From positions 360,001 through 392,000 of the forward strand of contig NC_003551.1 of the NCBI RefSeq assembly GCF_000007185.1: a stretch of 32,000 bases of DNA, given 5' to 3'. Origin of the DNA: Methanopyrus kandleri AV19. GTDB lineage: Archaea; JAADCQ01; Methanopyri; Methanopyrales; Methanopyraceae. Made by a program: the position numbers and the translations under genes. The notes beneath the pieces were generated by a model that saw only the letters and a program-made list of their open reading frames with translations, did no database searches and was not told the DNA's origin. Below, piece after piece: positions 26,404-32,000 of this stretch (positions within the stretch are counted from its first letter, which is position 1; the number at the start of each line of letters is the position of its first letter).

Positions 26404-26872
26404 GGGCCGAAGGCTCGGCGGCGACAAACCTTGGCTGACGGTGAACGGTCGGCCGATCGTAGAATGGGCGACGGAAATGCTGCGTAGGATCGGTTGCGAG
26501 GAGGTCTACGCGGTTTCACCCCGTAGGGACGGACGCTGGGACGGGCCATGGTTGCGGGATAGTAAGGGATCAGGACCTATGGCGGGCGTGAGGGCGGTGT
26601 TCCGAGAGTTCCCGAACGAAATAGTGTGCGTGACGTCATGCGACGTCGTGTTCGACCCCAGAATATTTCGAGAAGTCGCCGAACCCCCTTGTCACACCCG
26701 CGGGACCCTGTTCCCGTTCCTGGTACGCGCGGAGGACGCACCGGAACACCGCACCGTTAGAGAGTTCTTGAAGAATATAGGATCCACGGAATTGGAGGTA
26801 CCGGCGACGGACCTGGATGAGCTAGAGGACTTACCGCGATATCGAGCACTGCTTTCCCGAATCACCGGATGA
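26375..26872 (+). CDS. mobA: MobA-like molybdopterin guanylyltransferase / NTP-transferase
   Basis: IGAVLMGGKGRRLGGDKPWLTVNGRPIVEWATEML...GPMAGVRAVF...IVCVTSCDVVFDP. Confidence 0.8.
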   Translation: MIGAVLMGGKGRRLGGDKPWLTVNGRPIVEWATEMLRRIGCEEVYAVSPRRDGRWDGPWLRDSKGSGPMAGVRAVFREFPNEIVCVTSCDVVFDPRIFREVAEPPCHTRGTLFPFLVRAEDAPEHRTVREFLKNIGSTELEVPATDLDELEDLPRYRALLSRITG

Positions 26873-28859
26873 ACTTCCCTCTCCGCCTGCGTTGGTACTC
26901 TTCGATGCAACGCAGTATACGTTCTTTTTCCCGCTCCCGCTCGCGTTCTTCCCACCGCTTCCGAGTTCTTCTCACGGCCCTTCGGAGCTCGTCCGATTCC
27001 ACGAGGGCCAGAGTACCTGCCCTCTTCACGGTCACGTCTTCACCCTCACGGAGTAGTGGCAGATCGAGGCGACGAAACTCCTCCAAAGCGTGTTCCGGTA
27101 TCGACGCATCCTCCGGTACGATCACGGCCTCAGGACTCAGGTCGGAGAGCTCTCTAACGTTCGACTCACTCATGCCGCTGGGATCTTCGACGTAAAGCAC
27201 GAACACCGGCGGAGTTTCTAACCCAGCGAGCGCCTCGTGCGACGCTTTCTCCACCTCGACTACCGGTATTCCTTTACCCGACCGAAGGATGGCGTTGAGC
27301 CTCTCGGCCCGTCTCAACTCCCGTTCTAGGCGTTCCCGACGTGACTTTTCGCGGATCAGTTCACGTCTTAAGCGCTCGATCTCACGCTCCTTAGCCTCGA
27401 GCTTACGACCTATCTTTTCCTCAACGAGCTCCTCCATCCTATCGCGCATCCGATCCAACTTCTCCTTGAGCTCTTCGTTCTCGCGCTTGAGACGCTCAAC
27501 GAGACGTTCTAAGTGCTCAATCTCATGTTCGTACTTCTTGACCTTTTTCTCGTACGCGCGCAATTCTTTCTTCAACGAGGCGATACGCTCACGGTATCGA
27601 TGGATCTTCTCGCGCTCTTCCCGCCGTTCACGCTCCACCTGGCGCTCTTCTTCCACTATCCGGAGGGCGTCCACAACCGGGAGTCCCTTGATCACGTAGC
27701 TGGCGGCCCGAAGTACGTCCCGGCGCTTGATCTCTTCCGAAGCTTTGCGCTCGACCTTACGCAGAGCCGGCTTCACGATCGCGTGGTATGCCTTTACCGC
27801 CGCAGCCAGCGCGTCACGTTGGTGGGTGTCCCTGGGTCTGATATTCTGGTCTCGCCGGGCGAGATGTCCCTTCACAAGTTCACGTTTCTCGTCCACCGAG
27901 AGCCGACGATCCGGCACGTAAAGCCGTGCTCCCAGGGATCGGGCCAGCCGTCGAACGGCCTGAGGGACAGGAGTGACGTCGGTGGCGACTACCGCAGGTC
28001 TACCCAGTGACTCGATCCGCTCGGTGAGCTCACTGAAGGACAGCTCACGGGAACTCTCGAGGTGTACGACCTCACCGTCCGCGTTGAGAACTGCCAAGGC
28101 CGTGGTCGTCCCGGGATCCACGCCGATGGTGAGAAGCTCACGGCGGTGGGAGGTGTCCCGGAACGTGATCCGGTCGCGAAGTACGGGCTCGACGTCGATC
28201 TTGATCTCCCGCGCGTCGACCTTGTTCACGACGGGTTTCACGCGATCGTACCGCTCGTACACGGTGAACTCGGCACTGGCGTACCCTCCCTCGGCCTTTC
28301 TGACCCGAAGGTCGTACTCCATCCCCTCCGCTTCGAGGAGCCGTTGGAGCTCTCTCGTGGCTCTCTTCACCGCGGCGTGCAGGTTCCTGGCGTAACGTGA
28401 CTGACTGTACCCTCCCTGACCGGGCCTTCGCAAACGACCTATTCGGACCCTCGTCTCGTCCTCCAGCACGAACGCCTCCACACCAACCCCGAGTTCCGCC
28501 AGGCGCGCACACGTCAGCGCTTCCTCTTCGGGGTTCCGGGGATCGGGCGTCGGGAGGCCGTGTTCACGCGCCAAACGTTGGAGTGACCGTTGATCACCGG
28601 GCTTTCCCGTGACTTGAACTAACTTGAGCTCGGGATGCGACTTCACGAGTTCTAAGAACTCAGAAGCCCCGTCCAGGAGTTCGTAGACGTCATCCACGGC
28701 GACCACGTCCGGTTTCAGCGAGAGAATGAGATCGAAGAGCTCACGCTTGGAGAGACGTTTCTTGAGGACTTCCTCACCATCCTCCAGTATCGCGACGGCA
28801 TATTCCGGGGGTTCGGACCGGACGATGTCGATCCCTACTACGATCACGTCCGAAACCAC
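26862..28859 (-). CDS. DUF460-family protein: two RNase H/RuvC-like regions plus long coiled coil
   Basis: N-terminal VVGIDIVRSEPPEYAVAILEDGE...PDVVAVDD, central LLTIGVDPGTTTALAVLNADGE...DTHQRDALAAAVKAY, then about 160 residues of Arg/Glu-rich coiled coil and a C-terminal domain. Confidence 0.85.
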   Translation of the reverse strand: MVSDVIVVGIDIVRSEPPEYAVAILEDGEEVLKKRLSKRELFDLILSLKPDVVAVDDVYELLDGASEFLELVKSHPELKLVQVTGKPGDQRSLQRLAREHGLPTPDPRNPEEEALTCARLAELGVGVEAFVLEDETRVRIGRLRRPGQGGYSQSRYARNLHAAVKRATRELQRLLEAEGMEYDLRVRKAEGGYASAEFTVYERYDRVKPVVNKVDAREIKIDVEPVLRDRITFRDTSHRRELLTIGVDPGTTTALAVLNADGEVVHLESSRELSFSELTERIESLGRPAVVATDVTPVPQAVRRLARSLGARLYVPDRRLSVDEKRELVKGHLARRDQNIRPRDTHQRDALAAAVKAYHAIVKPALRKVERKASEEIKRRDVLRAASYVIKGLPVVDALRIVEEERQVERERREEREKIHRYRERIASLKKELRAYEKKVKKYEHEIEHLERLVERLKRENEELKEKLDRMRDRMEELVEEKIGRKLEAKEREIERLRRELIREKSRRERLERELRRAERLNAILRSGKGIPVVEVEKASHEALAGLETPPVFVLYVEDPSGMSESNVRELSDLSPEAVIVPEDASIPEHALEEFRRLDLPLLREGEDVTVKRAGTLALVESDELRRAVRRTRKRWEEREREREKERILRCIEEYQRRRRGKFIR

Positions 28860-28922
28860 CCGGCCGGAGGCCTCTTAGGTTTATCAGACCGTAGAGCTCA
28901 GTAACTTGCGGGGGCCGTTCAG

Positions 28923-29306
28923 GTGAATCCGGCACCTTCCGAGCTGCGGTTCGGCGCCTACGCTATTGACTGCGTGATCACGGCCGTGATGTCATTGTTA
29001 ATATGTCTGGCTTTAGCACGTCCGGTGACTCCGGTGAGATTCCTCAGCACTTGGTCACTGATTTCGTGGATATACTGGACGATGTTCGAAGGCACCTACG
29101 GAGAAAGCCCAGGCAAACGGGTTTTCGGACTCAAGGTCGTCAACGAAGAAGGAGAGGCCGTGAGTCTTCCGGAGGCGGCCATTCGAAACGTTTCGAAGGC
29201 CCTACCCGTAGTGTGCTACGTGGACGGTGCGTTGATCCTGCTGACCGAATCGCGACAACGGGCGTTCGACCTCCTGGCGGGGACGTTCGTCGTCACTTCA
29301 GGATGA
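28923..29306 (+). CDS. RDD-family membrane protein
   Basis: RFGAYAIDCVITAVMSLL...WIYWTMFEGTYGESPGKRVFGLKVVNEEGEAVSLPEAAIRNVSKALP...RAFDLLAGTFVV. Confidence 0.88.
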   Translation: MNPAPSELRFGAYAIDCVITAVMSLLICLALARPVTPVRFLSTWSLISWIYWTMFEGTYGESPGKRVFGLKVVNEEGEAVSLPEAAIRNVSKALPVVCYVDGALILLTESRQRAFDLLAGTFVVTSG

Positions 29307-29832
29307 GTTGCCTGGCGACGGAGTTCGCCATGTGATCGCCGCAGAGCTCTCGAACTACCTCTAAGCAGGCGTCGATTGCGAACGCTGGGCCCCTACTAGT
29401 CACCACGTTCCCGTCCCTCACCACCCCTTTAGGCACGGGCTCCGCGCCGTTCACCTTGAGCTCCGCCTCAAATCCGGGGTACGTGGTCGCCTTCCTTCCC
29501 CGTAGAACCCCAGCCTCCGCGAGGACTAATGCTCCGGAAGATAAGCCCACTACCATACCACCGTCGGATTCTACAGACCGGACAAGGTCCAAGCAGTGCC
29601 GATAACCGATCAGCGTCGTGGGCGCGGATCCGCCGAGCACGACCACACCCTCGTAATCGTCCCCCTCGACGTCCCACACCGTGGAGTCGACGCCCACTTC
29701 CATACCTCCCATCCCTTCAGCACGCTCCTCGACCCCCACCAAATCCCAATCGAGCCCGCCGCGTGAGAGTACACTCACGACCGCGCCGAGCTCGAGCTCC
29801 TCAAACCCGTCGTCCACCAGCACCGCGATCAA
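29293..29832 (-). CDS. DJ-1/PfpI (ThiJ)-family protein with substituted nucleophile
   Basis: MIAVLVDDGFEELELGAVVSVLSRGGLDWDLVGV, VVVLGGSAP, VVGLSSGALVLAEAGVLRGRKATTYPGFEAEL, GNVVTSRGPAFAIDACLEVV. Confidence 0.85.
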   Translation of the reverse strand: MIAVLVDDGFEELELGAVVSVLSRGGLDWDLVGVEERAEGMGGMEVGVDSTVWDVEGDDYEGVVVLGGSAPTTLIGYRHCLDLVRSVESDGGMVVGLSSGALVLAEAGVLRGRKATTYPGFEAELKVNGAEPVPKGVVRDGNVVTSRGPAFAIDACLEVVRELCGDHMANSVARQLILK

Positions 29833-29845
29833 GGGGGAACCTCCC

Positions 29846-30271
29846 TTGCTCGTCGTCTCCCTGGGGTGTCCGAAGATCCCACCGAAGATCTCCTCCGCGA
29901 TTTACGCGTGCTACCGGTATGACGATAGAGCGTTAGTACTCAGCACCGAGGCGGGATGTAAGCTCCTCGAGTACGCCGACCCTGAGAAGGAGTACGTGGA
30001 TGAAACTCGAACGTACGAGAAATACCTAGAGGACCCGGATGCCGCCGGTATCCTGCTCGCGTTCGTGACGAACGATACGGAATTACAGATAGCGGTCACC
30101 CTGAAGGAGGTATCGGAACCCGACGACGCGAGGGCGGTATGTACCGAGGAGTTCGAGGATCGGCTCGAGGACTGCGGGTTCCTTACCGCACCGGTAACTG
30201 GTCGGCGGTGGAAGCACGACCCGAAGAGATGGGTTAAGGCGGTCGAGGACGTGCTGGGGGCGAGTCGATGA
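29846..30271 (+). CDS. Hypothetical protein
   Basis: TTG at 29846 (MLVVSLGCPKIPPKISSAIYACYRYDDRAL...) is preferred. The ORF-track N-terminus from 29681 is low-complexity and antisense to the DJ-1 gene. Confidence 0.65.
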   Translation: MLVVSLGCPKIPPKISSAIYACYRYDDRALVLSTEAGCKLLEYADPEKEYVDETRTYEKYLEDPDAAGILLAFVTNDTELQIAVTLKEVSEPDDARAVCTEEFEDRLEDCGFLTAPVTGRRWKHDPKRWVKAVEDVLGASR

Positions 30272-30561
30272 CGTTCTGCCTCGAGGAGCGGGAGTACGAG
30301 ATACTAATGGCGAGAAGGCCGTTCGACGACTGTGCGAGATACATCGAATCGAAGTTTGGAAACATCGTCAAGTTACAGCCTGGTGAGGAGATTCTGCCGG
30401 GACTTCGAGCGATAGGATACGGGAAAATCCCGGTGGCGTACGGGGATGAATGGATTGTACTACCGATAACGAAACCGTGCCACGGGAGCTTCGTCGTGAA
30501 GATAGAAGTTAGTGCAGAAGAACTCGAGTGGTTCCTGAAGAAGCATGTAAGCGGGCGTTAG
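30268..30561 (+). CDS. Hypothetical protein
   Basis: 97 aa ORF overlapping the previous gene by 4 nt (ATGA), with Cys residues at conserved-looking positions. Confidence 0.65.
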   Translation: MTFCLEEREYEILMARRPFDDCARYIESKFGNIVKLQPGEEILPGLRAIGYGKIPVAYGDEWIVLPITKPCHGSFVVKIEVSAEELEWFLKKHVSGR

Positions 30562-31289
30562 CGGCGTCCACCACGACCTGTCTTCCGGGCCGCGATGTGA
30601 CCGACCTTCCTACCCGGCGGGTCACCTCTGGCGATCGTCGTGGGCTTACCCGGGCTCTGGTGGTTACCTCCACCGAACGGGTGGTCGACGGCGTTCATCG
30701 CGACGCCACGTACCTTCGGCCACTTACCACCCTTGCTGCGCATGTGGTAGTACTTCTTACCCGCCTTCACGAACGGCTTCTCGCGCTTACCACCACCGGA
30801 CATGACGCCGATCGTGGCCCGACACCGTGGGTCGAACGTACGTACCTTACCAGAGGGGAGCTGCACGTAGGTACGTCCGACATCGTGGGCGATGATGGTG
30901 GCGTAGCATCCGGGCGCCCGCGCGAACTTACCGCCGTCACCCGGCTGTCCCTCGATGTTGAATATTGGGACTCCTTCCGGGATCTCCGCGAGTGGAAGCG
31001 TGTTGCCGGGCTTGATCTCCGCGGACACACCGCACTCTATGATGTCGCCCACCTTGGTTCCCTCGGGCACTAGTATGAGTCGCTCCTCTCCGTCCTCGAA
31101 CCTCACTCTAGCCACAGGAGCGTTGCGTGCCGGATCGTGGAGCAGCTCGACTACCTTACCGACGACCTTGCCCTTCTTTTCCTGTTCATCGTAAGGCCTG
31201 TGCTCTATACGACCACGGTAACGGTGAGATGGAGCGCGGTACGTAGGCCCGCCACGTCCCAACCGCTGCGGGCGGATACGCTTGCCCAT
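30558..31289 (-). CDS. rpl2p: 50S ribosomal protein L2
   Basis: MGKRIRPQRLGRGG...GQPGDGGKFARAPGCYATIIAHD...RATIGVMSGGGKREKPFVKAGKKYY...WPKVRGVAMNAVDHPFGGGNHQSPGKPTT. Confidence 0.97.
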   Translation of the reverse strand: MGKRIRPQRLGRGGPTYRAPSHRYRGRIEHRPYDEQEKKGKVVGKVVELLHDPARNAPVARVRFEDGEERLILVPEGTKVGDIIECGVSAEIKPGNTLPLAEIPEGVPIFNIEGQPGDGGKFARAPGCYATIIAHDVGRTYVQLPSGKVRTFDPRCRATIGVMSGGGKREKPFVKAGKKYYHMRSKGGKWPKVRGVAMNAVDHPFGGGNHQSPGKPTTIARGDPPGRKVGHIAARKTGRGGRR

Positions 31290-31301
31290 CTCGGGAACCC
31301 C

Positions 31302-31589
31302 CTACAGGATCCCTAGATCGACCGCGACGTCCTCGGCGCGGTACTCCGGCTTTAACTTGACGTAAGCTTTCTTCTCCCCGGTCGGGGTTATTAGGGTATT
31401 TACCTTTTCCACCTCGACGTCGAACAGCTCCTCGACGGCCTTTTTAATGAGCGGTTTGTTAGCGTCCCGCCGCACGATGAACGTGAGCTTGTTCTCCGCC
31501 TCCATCAACCGCATCGCCTTCTCAGTGGCCACTGGGTACAGTAGGACGTCGTGTGGGTCTTCGATCTTAGGACCGTATCTCTTGGCCAC
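31302..31589 (-). CDS. rpl23p: 50S ribosomal protein L23
   Basis: [66 protein letters not shown]. Confidence 0.96.
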   Translation of the reverse strand: MAKRYGPKIEDPHDVLLYPVATEKAMRLMEAENKLTFIVRRDANKPLIKKAVEELFDVEVEKVNTLITPTGEKKAYVKLKPEYRAEDVAVDLGIL

Positions 31590-31592
31590 GGT

Positions 31593-32000
31593 TTACTCCC
31601 CCAGACGCTCTTCCAGTACCTCCAGGGCTCCGGGTGTGAACACAGTCAGTCGCCCGGGATGCGCACCGGGAGCCAGGTGTTCGACGCCCAGGTGCATCGC
31701 CTCGACCACGTCGACACCTGGATGGTTTCTAGCACCTAACTTGATACCCTCGTCCTCGTCCACCACGATGAGCACGCTCTTCGGCTTTACGTACCGTCGA
31801 CCGCGCCGCTTACCCTTACCTGCCCGGATGCGTCGATTGCTCTTGGCCCGCTCTACGTCGGCCCACAACCCGACGCTCTTGAAGAATTCCCGGACCTCCC
31901 GAGCCTTGTTCAGGCTTTTCAGCTCGTCCACGACCACCACCGGGAGGTGTGGAACATCGTCGATCACATGGCCGCGCTCCTTCACGAACTCGGGCTTGGC
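31593..32000 (-). CDS. rpl4p: 50S ribosomal protein L4, C-terminal part (truncated by window end)
   Basis: LPVVVVDELKSLNKAREVREFFKSVGLWADVERAKSNRRIRAGKGKRRGRRYVKPKSVLIVV...NHPGVDVVEAMHLGVEHLAPGAHPGRLTVFTPGALEVLEERL; frame remains open to the window edge. Confidence 0.94.
   Translation of the reverse strand, partial: AKPEFVKERGHVIDDVPHLPVVVVDELKSLNKAREVREFFKSVGLWADVERAKSNRRIRAGKGKRRGRRYVKPKSVLIVVDEDEGIKLGARNHPGVDVVEAMHLGVEHLAPGAHPGRLTVFTPGALEVLEERLGE

Noticed and set aside
27289-27699. Plus-strand 136-aa Arg/Ser-rich ORF
   Set aside because: Its Arg/Ser repeats are simply the antisense of the Arg/Glu coiled-coil codons of the DUF460 protein.
26862-28859. Reading the coiled-coil protein as an SMC/Rad50 ATPase or a CRISPR/defence effector
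   Set aside because: No Walker A or ABC signature motif is present, and no adjacent defence genes or repeats occur; the DUF460-like double RNase H layout explains it better.
1-32000. CRISPR arrays, insertion sequences, integrases, toxin-antitoxin pairs or prophage genes
   Set aside because: Reading through the window showed no regularly spaced repeats, transposase motifs or phage structural genes; the two tRNA genes show no attached integrase or duplicated 3' fragment.

Overview
The window is gene-dense, high-GC archaeal chromosome. Protein content (coenzyme M biosynthesis, archaeal exosome/RNase P/proteasome cluster, high acidic-residue content, TTG/GTG starts) fits a hyperthermophilic methanogen, most likely Methanopyrus kandleri; that assignment is from memory, not a database search. 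Main blocks: (1) 1-3.9 kb: partial NOL1/NOP2/Sun methyltransferase, MurG-like glycosyltransferase, archaeal YchF/Obg-like GTPase and a secreted/anchored low-complexity protein. (2) 3.9-12.9 kb, minus strand: a nearly complete exosome/proteasome/RNase P/ribosome superoperon (DUF3194, prefoldin beta, Pcc1, Brix, RpoP, L37Ae, Rrp42, Rrp41, Rrp4, M42 peptidase, SBDS, PsmA, Pop5, Rpp30, RNA-binding protein, L15e). (3) 13.7-18.2 kb: a LeuA-family synthase and a split, divergent coenzyme M cluster (comC-comE minus, comA-comD plus). (4) 18.2-22 kb: an AT-rich FkbM methyltransferase, a tRNA-splicing-endonuclease homologue that lacks the catalytic residues, an S4 protein, COG1931, a UPF0200 kinase-like protein and DUF763. 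(5) 22-25.1 kb: an intron-containing tRNA(CAU) with a canonical bulge-helix-bulge, a THUMP+SPOUT fusion protein, TrpA, two small helical unknowns and a second tRNA(CAU). (6) 25-32 kb: CaCA antiporter, HTH/zinc-ribbon protein, MobA-like protein, DUF460 double RNase-H-fold coiled-coil protein, RDD protein, DJ-1-like protein with a Cys-to-Ser change, two small unknowns, and L2/L23/L4. I found no CRISPR array, transposon or recognisable defence island. The best second-look items are the catalytically degenerate EndA paralogue, the M42 peptidase embedded in the superoperon, the THUMP-SPOUT fusion, the shared dyad element beside both tRNA(CAU) genes, and the Cys-less DJ-1 homologue.
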